From an uncultured Methanosarcinales archaeon (lineage in GTDB: Archaea > Halobacteriota > Methanosarcinia > Methanotrichales > Methanotrichaceae), in the NCBI GenBank assembly GCA_963843555.1, contig CAWJKV010000007.1:1-64000 (forward strand): 64,000 bases of DNA. The letters run 5' to 3'. A model generated the notes under the pieces. That model ran no database searches and had not been told where the DNA came from. It was given only the letters and a program-made list of their open reading frames with translations. The translations under genes and the position numbers were made by a program. Below, piece after piece: positions 53,301 to 62,809 of the stretch (position 1 is the stretch's first letter; each line of letters opens with the position of its first letter).

Positions 53301-54998
53301 ATGAGCAATGCTGATGTCTTTGCAGGTGTTTGGCGTGCCGGAAGCGACCCGTACTATCTCTGGGTCTCTGGCTGGGACAGTTTCAAGGCGAAGTGGGAGG
53401 AGCTCTCCAAGCAGAACCTGAGGCTCGTGGACCTGAAGGTCTACCCGAAACCTGGAGGCACAACCTTCGGAGGAGTCTGGCGCCAGGGCAGCGACGGCCA
53501 CTACCTCTGGGTGGGCGTCGACTGGAACAACTTCAAGGCAAAGTGGGAGGAACTCTCCAAGCAGAACCTGAGGCTCATAGACATTGAGGTCTACCAGGAG
53601 GGTGGCGCCACGAAGTTCGCAGGCGTCTGGCGATCTGGCTCTGACGGCCACTACCTCTGGGTGGGAGTCGATTGGAATAACTTCAAGGCGAAGTGGGAGG
53701 AGCTCTCCAAGGAGAACCTGAGGCTAATTGACATAGAGGTCTACCAGGAGGGCGGCGCCACGAAGTTCGCAGGTGTCTGGCGATCTGGCTCTGACGGCCA
53801 TTACCTCTGGGTGGGAGTAGACTGGAACAACTTCAACGCCAAGTGGAAGGAGCTCTCCAGTCAGAACCTCAGGCTGGTGGATCTTGAGATCTACCAGGAG
53901 GCAGGGGTCACGAAGTATGCCGGCGTCTGGCGTCAGGGCAGCGACGGCCACTACCTTTGGGTTGGTGTCGACTGGGAGAACTTCACATCTAAGTGGAAGG
54001 AACTGGCAAAACAGAATCTCAGGCTCACTTCCCTCGAGATCTATCCCGGGTCATGCGATGCAGCCTGCGCCAACCAGGTGCTCATGCCCGACAACCCCGG
54101 GACTCCCTACAAGGACACATACAACTACGGCATAACCGCAACGGCAACGCACTGCAAAGGGGCGCCGGGAACCTGTTCCCCGCCGGCAGCAGGAGAGCGG
54201 GTATACTACCGCTGGCCCTGCGCTACCTTTGACGGGAGCGAGAGGTACATCCGGCTCTCTGCCCTCTACTTCACCGGAGCGCCCTTCACCATACCCTTCT
54301 CAGATGCGAATGTGTTGAGGAGAGGGCCCTGGCTCTACAGTCCAGGCAGCTGGCACCACGCCATAGATTACAGCAGGGATGATGGAGATACCTTCAAGAT
54401 TCTGTCGGCAGCTCCGGGCAAGGTGATCCACATCGGCTGGGACAACTGGTCCGGGAACACCATGGTCGTCAGCCATGACTCCGGAGGCGTGACGGATGCC
54501 TTCAGGACGATCTATATGCACCTCCGGAACGGCCCGAAGACCGACTGCGAGGCCTCGTGGACCCAGACCGTCCCGACGCTTTCGGACCCCAGGCTCACAC
54601 AGTACAAGGCCTACCTTGCGGCGACGGGCTGCCCGAAGACAGGTACGAAGAATCCTGTGGAGAAGTACTGGGGAACAGATGCCCAGAAGATCGATATGAA
54701 TCTCCTCGGAAAGTCCGTGAAGGCGGGAGACCAACTGGCCTGGGCCGGGAATACGGGTCCGGGAGGCTGCGGATGCACCAGCGATGATCCCAACTGGAAG
54801 TGGGGTAAGGGGACAAACACCCACCTTCACATATTCTTCGCCTGCCGGGACCCAAAGGACAATGAGTGGTATTTCATAGATCCATACGGGATTTATGCTC
54901 CGCCGAGCTGCTATCCTGCCAATCTGACGGACCCGATAAACAAGGCCTGTGCCAGGTATCCGATAGCATGGAAGGGTGGAAAGCCCCAGTACCCATAG
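53301..54998 (+). CDS. M23-family metallopeptidase with five N-terminal 50-aa tandem repeats
   Basis: WHHAIDY (HxxxD), AAPGKV, GNTMVVSH, YMHL, VKAGD, GNTG, THLHI (HxH), IDPY. Confidence 0.85.
   Translation: MSNADVFAGVWRAGSDPYYLWVSGWDSFKAKWEELSKQNLRLVDLKVYPKPGGTTFGGVWRQGSDGHYLWVGVDWNNFKAKWEELSKQNLRLIDIEVYQEGGATKFAGVWRSGSDGHYLWVGVDWNNFKAKWEELSKENLRLIDIEVYQEGGATKFAGVWRSGSDGHYLWVGVDWNNFNAKWKELSSQNLRLVDLEIYQEAGVTKYAGVWRQGSDGHYLWVGVDWENFTSKWKELAKQNLRLTSLEIYPGSCDAACANQVLMPDNPGTPYKDTYNYGITATATHCKGAPGTCSPPAAGERVYYRWPCATFDGSERYIRLSALYFTGAPFTIPFSDANVLRRGPWLYSPGSWHHAIDYSRDDGDTFKILSAAPGKVIHIGWDNWSGNTMVVSHDSGGVTDAFRTIYMHLRNGPKTDCEASWTQTVPTLSDPRLTQYKAYLAATGCPKTGTKNPVEKYWGTDAQKIDMNLLGKSVKAGDQLAWAGNTGPGGCGCTSDDPNWKWGKGTNTHLHIFFACRDPKDNEWYFIDPYGIYAPPSCYPANLTDPINKACARYPIAWKGGKPQYP
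53319..54045 (+). repeat. five intragenic direct repeats of about 150 bp
   Basis: FAGVWR.GSDGHYLWVGVDW..F.AKW.EL..QNLRL.D.E.Y unit repeated; middle copies nearly identical at DNA level. Confidence 0.92.
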
Positions 54999-55213
54999 GT
55001 AGATGGCAAGTCTAGAACCATTGGGCGGGGATTCTTCTCGCCCGTTAATTTTATTTATCTCTGATTGGACATCTTCGATCACGTAAAATTGGATGGTTTG
55101 GCGAAAAGTTCTATATCCAGGCGCTTCTTTCCTAATTTTAAGTCTAATATAGAATTTTTGTTGATCAGACGAGCGCCGAGATCGGGAAATATGATTCTAT
55201 AGGCTCATATGAA

Positions 55214-55897
55214 ATGCATGCCCGAAAATCGGACGCACGCTTCTCGATTGGGCGGACGATATCAAACAACTCGGGCGACCAGTTGGATCTAAAACAGTTT
55301 GGCGTCACAGGCTGGTCAATGGGTGGACAATGCGCTCTTGCTTGTGCCCAACATCTTTCCGATAGCGTTGCAGCCGCGGCTATCATGGCGGGCGCTGTGC
55401 ATTTGGACAGCTTCGACTCATTCGACGAGTTGAACAAACTTGATCAATGTCTTATCCGTCTCTCCGAGCACGTGCCCAAAGCAGCAGAAGCGATCTTTTT
55501 CTCAATGGGCAAACTGGCAGAACACGCTCCCCAGACCTGGAACACAATCATGTTACGGTCGACCGTCCAGATCGATTCGGAAGCGATTCGTCGTCAACCT
55601 CTGCCGGGCGTTGCCGGATTCGCTGCGCCCGCCTTGCTTAATGCTAAGGGTATGGTCGAAGAATATCGCGTATGGGTCAAGCCGTGGGGCTTTTCGTTTG
55701 AACAAATCCATTGTCCGGTAATGGTGTGGCAAGGCGATGCGGACGAGCTGGTGCCCAAGCAATGGGCGGAGGAAATGGCGCGACGCATCACGCACGCTCG
55801 TCTGCATCTGATTGTGGGGGAAGGGCATCTCTTGCCATACAATAATTACAGGGACATTTTGAGCGAGTTGATACTAGAAAGTGGCAAATCGCTATGA
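55214..55897 (+). CDS. alpha/beta hydrolase, probably 5'-truncated
   Basis: GWSMGG, PWGF, WQGDADELVP, GEGHL; no N-terminal HG oxyanion segment. Confidence 0.7.
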   Translation: MHARKSDARFSIGRTISNNSGDQLDLKQFGVTGWSMGGQCALACAQHLSDSVAAAAIMAGAVHLDSFDSFDELNKLDQCLIRLSEHVPKAAEAIFFSMGKLAEHAPQTWNTIMLRSTVQIDSEAIRRQPLPGVAGFAAPALLNAKGMVEEYRVWVKPWGFSFEQIHCPVMVWQGDADELVPKQWAEEMARRITHARLHLIVGEGHLLPYNNYRDILSELILESGKSL

Positions 55898-56149
55898 TCC
55901 GAACGGCTGATGCAAAGGGAGAATCGGCTTGCCCGCGAAGGATATAATGTTCAATTGCTATCCGGCCTTCCCTTGCTAGCTCTACAATAAGAGGATCATA
56001 TCGGGCATATATCATCCATGCGCATCTACTGAGCCTGCTATGTTCAATCTTTCCGTTGTGGTCGTTCAATTTCCAAAGGATTGTTATGCGGCGACTGGGG
56101 TCCGTATGATATCTACATAAGAACCACGCTTTAATATTAAGCCGAATAA

Positions 56150-56950
56150 TTGGCATTGGGAGGAATCTGGATCAAAGCAATCAAGAAGATATTTATCGTC
56201 CTGATATTGGGAATGTTGGTAGCAGCTGGAGCTGCGCAGGAAGCTGCTCAAGAAGGAGCAGAACGTTATGAGCAGCCGCATGATGGCGGCCCTAATGATG
56301 GTGGACAGCCGCATGATGGCGGCCCTAATGATGGTGGACAGCCACACGATGGAGGCCCTAATGACGGTGGACAGCCACACGATGGAGGCCCTAATGACGG
56401 TGGACAGCCACACGATGGAGGCCCTAATGACGGTGGACAGCCACACGATGGAGGCCCTAATGACGGTGGACAGCCACACGATGGAGGCCCTAATGACGGT
56501 GGACAGCCACACGATGGAGGCCCTAATGACGGTGGACAGCCACATGATGGAGGCTCAAATGACGGCGGACATCCACATGATGGATGCCAGAATAACGACT
56601 GCTACTATTACTACAGCGGATGGTTCAACTATCCCTATACATATCCCAGCTACTATTATTACAGCTACCCTGTGGCTGCGCAGATACTGATAAAAGTGCA
56701 ATACACAACTGACGGATATATGTGGAAAGCTGCTCCCTATGCAAATGTCTATAATAATAATAAATTCATAGGAACTACTGATATCAATGGTTGCTTATAT
56801 TACACATACTCATATTACACGTCATCGCAGCCAAGTTGTCATAACTATGCAGCATCTGTGACGGTGAGTGGTATGAATTACCATGGTGTCATAAATCAAA
56901 AATGTGATAATTCGGCTACAGTAATTTACTTACGCCCATCGCCCTATTGA
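56150..56950 (+). CDS. secreted protein with QPHDGGPNDGG repeats and a Tyr-rich region
   Basis: Signal peptide, 9 repeat units, CYYYYSGW... Confidence 0.8.
   Translation: MALGGIWIKAIKKIFIVLILGMLVAAGAAQEAAQEGAERYEQPHDGGPNDGGQPHDGGPNDGGQPHDGGPNDGGQPHDGGPNDGGQPHDGGPNDGGQPHDGGPNDGGQPHDGGPNDGGQPHDGGPNDGGQPHDGGSNDGGHPHDGCQNNDCYYYYSGWFNYPYTYPSYYYYSYPVAAQILIKVQYTTDGYMWKAAPYANVYNNNKFIGTTDINGCLYYTYSYYTSSQPSCHNYAASVTVSGMNYHGVINQKCDNSATVIYLRPSPY
56273..56569 (+). repeat. 33-bp tandem repeat, 9 copies
   Basis: Unit cagccacacgatggaggccctaatgacggtgga with mostly synonymous variation. Confidence 0.95.
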
Positions 56951-57728
56951 TTTATTACCAAATTTTTTAAATAACCAACGATATTAATCATAGGCGAGGA
57001 AGATTGTGAGTTCGTTTCATCACCTCATTCTTCCTCCCACTGCCTCATGTATACTGCCTCACCAAATGTTCCAAATTCATGCTCTTGGATCTTCTTGTAG
57101 AATTTATCCATCCAATCAAAAATAATAGATCTACAAGAATTTTACGCGGTCGATTTAAGAAATGCCAATCAATCTATTATACTTGCTGGTATCTTCTATA
57201 AGTCCCCTCATGGGTTTTGTGTAGAGCCGAAACATCCCGCATAAAAGTGCGAAAGATTATGAATCATACTTGAATGCTCGGTCGTAGCGCGGCCAAGTCT
57301 CTTCATGTACTTCCCTCCAGTGTTGGCGTTGCTTAGCTTATTGTCCACTTTGGAGGGATTCACTCCAGAGAATTGGCTGCCTTTCTATGTCGAAGATTTA
57401 CATATCAATCCTGAGCTTAATCCCTTTGAATTCGCGGTGATAAAGAGGGATGACGGTAAGAAACAGCTCACCAATGGTTTGTCATAGATTCGCAGAACTT
57501 TCCTCTACAGAAAACTGAGTTAGTGTTTCATAAATTTTAGAACCAATGCTCAGATAGTTGGGCCTGCCCAACCATACGAACTTCTGCCTGGCTTTCCCGG
57601 GGTGCATCCTGGCCTTCATCAAGTCACGAATAGCGACTCTATGCGCCGGTGCGTAACTTCGTATGACACTCACATAAAAGTTGTCTTCTAATACCAGGCC
57701 AGTCGTATTATAGTGCAGAGGGATCTTA

Positions 57729-58043
57729 ATCAAAGCAATTAAACTCTTGTTGACCGTTCTGGTATTAGGACTGCTGGTAGCAACGGCAGCCGCGAATAAG
57801 CCATATCCACACGATGGATGTCATGACTGCGGATATTATCCCGCATATGATTACTATTATAGCTACTCTTGGTATTACCCAACGTATATGTATGCATATT
57901 ATCCAACGTATACATATACACATTATCCAACGTATACATATCCTTGCGACTATAGCTACGGGTGTTATCCTGCATACACATACCCGACATACCCATACTC
58001 AAATTATTATTACGGCAATTACTGGTACTATTCGATGTACTGA
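57729..58043 (+). CDS. small secreted Tyr/Pro-rich protein, paralog of 56150
   Basis: IKAIK plus signal peptide, PHDGC motif, YPTYTY repeats. Confidence 0.75.
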   Translation: MKAIKLLLTVLVLGLLVATAAANKPYPHDGCHDCGYYPAYDYYYSYSWYYPTYMYAYYPTYTYTHYPTYTYPCDYSYGCYPAYTYPTYPYSNYYYGNYWYYSMY

Positions 58044-58487
58044 TAAGAATATGGATTAAATTTATCTTTTTTCCGGACTGCCCACCAGGTTTAGCTCTCG
58101 TCTCTCCAATGTTGGTAATACAGTACTAGATCTAGATCTTCACTGGTTGGTTATTAAAATTATCTCCCCCTCTATCCTGATCCTGCCTCCCATAGGGTGT
58201 TCATGATCGACTTTTGAATCGTTTTTGAGGCGCCTACTCCAATTATCTTGCCAATCTTCTGGCAAATTGGCCATTCCAGAATCTTTGGAATCGGCTCCTG
58301 TAAACGATCAATCCAGGCCAAAGATAACGGATTCTTTGGATGGCAATACACCATAGGGCACACCCCGTGGGATTTTGGCCGGAAAGTGAAGCTGGAATTA
58401 GCCTTCATACCCTGGATCCTTGGCTTTGCCGAAGGCTGCTTCGGCTTCTATTTTGGCTTATGGAAATGGCTGCCGGTTCAGTGGAGC

Positions 58488-60248
58488 TTAAACCTTCTGT
58501 CCCACTACATGCCTAATCTCCACTGCCACGCCCCGGCGGGATGCCTTCATCTCCCAGCCTGACATCCTGGCCCGACCGACACCAAAGGCTTTCTCGCCTG
58601 CTACTATTACCTCGTCTCCCGGCCGGATCTGCTCATCGGCGTCGACGACGCCTGGCGCCAGCAAGGAGCCTTTAGGCAGGAAGTCGCCTATCTTGACCAC
58701 GTATTGTCCCAGAGGCTCCAGACGCTTTGCTCCTGCCAGAGAGAGGGCGACGGTGCCATTGGGGGTTGTCGCAGCCAGCTGCCTTTTACTCTCGTCCTGG
58801 ATCTCTCTGCCCTTAACCACTATCTTTCCTTCCAAGAGAGCGTCGCCTGCACCAGGACCGAAATGGAAATCCGCGTGAGCCCGGTAGCGCAGCAGCCGAA
58901 GATCGGGCAGGCGGATGGCGTCGCGGCAGGCCCCGGATACAGCATCTGATAGCGCCTGCAGGGCCTGGCTGCTGGTGCCGCCGCCCGTATAGACTGCCTC
59001 GAGGCAGGAGTCTTTCACGGCCTGCTCCAGCTCTCCTTCCAGGTGGGCCACGATTCTGGCATACTTATTCTTCTTGAGGTAGGCCTCTAAACACGTGGTC
59101 AGCCAGGCTCTCTCCTCCAGGTCCCAGCGGCCGGTGACGGGAACATCGTAGCTGGAGGCGGGATAGGCTTCTTCCAGCTCACGTGGCACCAGGGCCAGGG
59201 GTGATGTCAAAATAAGCTCGTGCAGATAGCGGCGATGGGATCCGATGGCTTCCGCAAAGAGCCGGTGCGATCGGGAGGTGGAGTAAGGCTTTCTGGCGGA
59301 GCAGGGCAGCAGCAGAAGTACATCGCTTTGCGGAGCCTTGTATCGGCTAATTACCCTCTCAGCAAAGCGGGTGACCTCCACGCGTTGCAACGATTCAGCG
59401 GTATTGGCATAGAATTTGCTTCTTCTGCTCTGGGGCGTCCTCTTCTCCAGGTACTGGTGCTCTGCGTCCAGCAGCCGCAGGGCTGCCGTCTGATCGGGGG
59501 CCACTCGCACCTGCCGTTCAATGTATTCACGAGAGGTCTCAGAGCGAACCGCTTCTCGAACCGAGAGCAACTCCTCCTCCAGCATATGCTGGTTGTGAGC
59601 AATGAGTAGCTTTGTCTCCCGGCCGTTCTCGGCCATCTTCTGGCAGTGCGGGCAGAGGCAGGGCAGTTCCACAAGATCGCTCAAAATCCGCATCCCATCG
59701 CGGGTGTGGTAGCGGCCCAGGAGGCCGTCAGCCACCATGCGGGTTCTGTCCAGGAGATCAAGGCCCAAGTACACCAGGAGGGCCAGATTGGCAGGCGTGG
59801 CGAGAGCTGGAGCATAAAGAGCAGTATCCGGCGGGGTCGCATCCCTTACGTTGATAATGGCTTTCACCAGGTCTCTGGGATTCTTGATAGTTCCTGCGTT
59901 GCCCAGCAAATAAACGTCCGCATTTTCAGGCTTCTTTTCGCTGAAAGGATGAACGAGCACGCCCTTGGGGCCATCCATCTCGATTGCTGGCAGCTCCATG
60001 GCCGGCTCGGAATGCAGAGCTGCTGGGACGTATGGCAGAATTGCCAGCTTTTTTTGGCTTCCCAAACACTCTTGGGCCAAAATGGCTTCGTCAACAGAGG
60101 CATAGCTGTAGACGCTGCCGGCAGTTACGTAATCATCGCTGGTGATGAAGCCGGGCGAGCTGATCGACCTCTCCAGGAGCAGCTTTCCCATGCGGGCCGG
60201 GCCGTCGCGGCGGAGGACTTCGAAGTACTTGGTCATAGATTTATGCAC
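58488..60248 (-). CDS. arcS: archaeosine synthase (TgtA2) with PUA domain
   Basis: FEVLRRDGPAR, LLLPCSARKPYSTSRSH, TSPLALVPRELE, YDVPVTGRW, C-terminal PUA domain. Confidence 0.93.
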   Translation of the reverse strand: MHKSMTKYFEVLRRDGPARMGKLLLERSISSPGFITSDDYVTAGSVYSYASVDEAILAQECLGSQKKLAILPYVPAALHSEPAMELPAIEMDGPKGVLVHPFSEKKPENADVYLLGNAGTIKNPRDLVKAIINVRDATPPDTALYAPALATPANLALLVYLGLDLLDRTRMVADGLLGRYHTRDGMRILSDLVELPCLCPHCQKMAENGRETKLLIAHNQHMLEEELLSVREAVRSETSREYIERQVRVAPDQTAALRLLDAEHQYLEKRTPQSRRSKFYANTAESLQRVEVTRFAERVISRYKAPQSDVLLLLPCSARKPYSTSRSHRLFAEAIGSHRRYLHELILTSPLALVPRELEEAYPASSYDVPVTGRWDLEERAWLTTCLEAYLKKNKYARIVAHLEGELEQAVKDSCLEAVYTGGGTSSQALQALSDAVSGACRDAIRLPDLRLLRYRAHADFHFGPGAGDALLEGKIVVKGREIQDESKRQLAATTPNGTVALSLAGAKRLEPLGQYVVKIGDFLPKGSLLAPGVVDADEQIRPGDEVIVAGEKAFGVGRARMSGWEMKASRRGVAVEIRHVVGQKV

Positions 60249-60455
60249 CTGGCGGATCGTGAATGTTGGGATGTCTCGGATGGCAGGTGAAAGTCTTCAT
60301 ATCACGACCAATGATGGCATGATCATATAAAAAGAAGCTTTGCGTCGAAGACAGCCACTGGATCGTCAGTGATCAAAACCTCATGAAAGGCATAAAGGTA
60401 TTGAATCCAACTGCCATCGGAAGCTTCAACTATAAAAAGTGACTTATACCTTCTT

Positions 60456-60656
60456 ATGTCCGAGTTGAAGGCGGAGATCTCCTTGCCGAAACGCCTGGCT
60501 GAAGACATGCAAGCTCAGGTCAAGGCTGGCTGGTTTCCTGACCTCAACAGCCTGGTAGTAGAAGCGGTGCGTCGGTACCTGGAGGCTCATCATGGTGAGC
60601 TGAAGGAGCAGTTCATACGCCAGGATGTGGCGTGGGGACTCTGCGGCAATGATTGA
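60456..60656 (+). CDS. ribbon-helix-helix antitoxin-like protein
   Basis: ISLPKRL...VKAGWFPDLNSLVVEAVRRYL. Confidence 0.65.
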   Translation: MSELKAEISLPKRLAEDMQAQVKAGWFPDLNSLVVEAVRRYLEAHHGELKEQFIRQDVAWGLCGND

Positions 60657-60760
60657 TGCGGTTTGGATTCCGGACCGCTAATTCACCTTGCTGAATTCGA
60701 TGTCCTTGATGTGATCTGCGATCTTTTCTTCTCTCGCCGAAATGGCAAGTATAACAGCTT
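60649..60760 (+). pseudogene. 5' fragment of a PIN-domain (VapC/DUF3368-like) toxin
   Basis: MIDAV/LDSGPLIHLAE overlapping the antitoxin stop, then running into the tgtA 3' end. Confidence 0.6.
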
Positions 60761-62187
60761 ACTGCTGCTTCAAGCGTTCTTCAAAATCCCTGATCTTCAA
60801 TCGGAAGCTGAACCTGGCCTCTGGATTGGCCTTGATAAGCTCTCTAGTGTTTCTCGCGGCCTGATGGATAGCCGCGTCATCTGCCTCCTCCGGGACTTCG
60901 GCATTGAATGGATAGGTCTCGGCAAGCTCTCGTGGATACGCACCGAAGGGCGGCTTGAAGTTCAAGACATGGTCAAAACCGGTCGTATCTGCATCAGAGT
61001 CGTCCGTGATCAGGATGCTTGCCGTCCAAACTGATTCGTCCAACCCTCCTGGCATATCTCACAACTTCCGGCCGGGAGGCGGACTCCGGGCTAAGATAAA
61101 AGAATGTGGACTTACTGGCAGAATCCAGGTCCTCGAGCCATTTTCCCTGGCCGCAAAGCCTCTTCAAGCCGTCCAGCATGCGCGGGTGCGACCGGCAGCG
61201 CGTCTCTAGAAGATCCCAGAGCGATCCCTCGCGAATGCTCTGCTTGACGAGCCTTATCTCCTGCAGCGAGACGTAGAGATTGTGCCTGGCCAGATCTCTG
61301 GTCTTATGAGGGCTGTCCATCAGCTCCTGGCGGGTATGCGCCTGGCAGACTGGACAGGAGCAGGGAAGGTATTTCATCTCCTCCAATTTCCAGGTCCCGC
61401 GCACAGTCAGGTACCTGTCCTGGCGGGCATAAAGAGCGTATGCCGCAGAATCAAATAAGTCGCAGCCCATGGCGGCTGCCAGAGCGAAGATCATGGGATG
61501 TCCGGCCCCGAAAAGATGGACAGGAACGCCAGAGCCCAGCCCCTTCTTGGCGGCCACTACCACATCTACCAGATCTCTGTACCTGTAGGCCTCCATGAGG
61601 GGCACCACTCCGCCCACTGGGTAAACGTCGAAATTAAGGTCGCGGGCAAACTTGCCTGCTCTTTCCCTGAGATCGGGATAGGTCGAGCCCTGGATGGGGC
61701 CGGCGAGAAGTGCAGATCGATCAGTGGCGGCTGCGGCCTCTTGCAGCCGTTCCTCTGTTATTTGCAGCTCGGATTCTGCCCTATCCCTGGCGACATCAGG
61801 AGGAGTCGGTATGTCAAGGGGCACGGAGATATCTGATTTTATGGCGAATTGAAAATCCAGGATCTCAAGGGGCTGGACATCGATGTCTCCATAGACCGAG
61901 AGCTGGAAGGCGCCAGAGTCGGTCATTATCGGACCCTGGAAGCCCAGGAGATCGTGCAATCCGCGCTCTGTGGCCTGGTTTTTCAGGTCTGTATCCTGGT
62001 AAATTATGTAGCTATTGGTGATGATCATGTCCGCGCCTATCTGAGCCAGCTCTCCAGGTGGAATGAGGGGGAGGTGGGGATTGACCACGGGCATGAGCAA
62101 AGGTGTCTCAACTGTGCCGTGAGGTGTGGAAAGCCTGCCGATCCTTCCGGCCAGATCTTTGTGCAGTATCTCGAAGCGGTCCGGCAT
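60759..62187 (-). CDS. tgtA: archaeosine tRNA-guanine(15) transglycosylase (frameshift near 61015, no PUA domain)
   Basis: TPLLMPVVNP, ITNSYII, MTDSGAFQL, HLFGAGHP, DLFDSAAYA, CSCPVC, LARHNL; PPFG.YP.EL.ETYPFNAE in the second frame. Confidence 0.94.
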
Positions 62188-62270
62188 AAGCCCACCTTCA
62201 CCAATAAGGAATAAATAGGTTGGGTCAGATTTCCCGAGAAAGGAAACTGAATAAAACGGGATGTATTAAT

Positions 62271-62756
62271 ATGAAAACGATAGCAACATTAATAGCACTG
62301 ACCTGCTTATTGGGCGTTGCCGGTGCCTTCATGGGCGAGGGATACAGCGCCAGCCAGCTGGCTTTCTTCAATGCACCAAGCGCATCGACTTTTGAACCCA
62401 ATGTCCAGCAGTACTGGGGATCCTATATTGCGAATACGCAAAATATGAGCCGCGGCAGTGGGACAACTGATATGGACCTCTTTATGAACACTTTCCGCCT
62501 GTTATTCGACACGCCCTTGCAGCTTGGTACAACGAGCTTCGCCAGCAATGTTTCAGCTCCGGCTCTCAGCATAGCCGAAAGAAATAGCCAGGATCTGACA
62601 AGTAGTGTCAACGAGGGCTTCAGCGCCTATCAGGTCTCATCATCCCCTGCTAAGAGTGGAAGCTTGACCACAACCAGCGGCACCGGAACGCCCGCCGCGG
62701 ATGCAACAGGAAAGATGCTCTCCCAGAATATCATGACCTTCAAATTCAACGTCTGA
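62271..62756 (+). CDS. secreted Ser/Thr-rich hypothetical protein
   Basis: MKTIATLIALTCLLGVAGA signal peptide. Confidence 0.7.
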   Translation: MKTIATLIALTCLLGVAGAFMGEGYSASQLAFFNAPSASTFEPNVQQYWGSYIANTQNMSRGSGTTDMDLFMNTFRLLFDTPLQLGTTSFASNVSAPALSIAERNSQDLTSSVNEGFSAYQVSSSPAKSGSLTTTSGTGTPAADATGKMLSQNIMTFKFNV

Positions 62757-62809
62757 AGTGCATTATATCTGAAAAATAACTCAAGAAAGCTCCGCCGTCA
62801 TTGGCAGAG

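Noticed and set aside
56273..56569. 33-bp repeats as a CRISPR array
   Set aside because: Head-to-tail tandem copies with no spacers, in frame within a CDS and with synonymous variation
57305..57520. Possible transposase remnant and IS end (gaaaactgag)
   Set aside because: No catalytic motif or matching second end could be found
1352..62187. Programmed frameshifting or mass pseudogenisation
   Set aside because: Scattered single-base shifts also hit housekeeping tgtA and several fall in homopolymers; sequencing error is the simpler explanation until the assembly is polished
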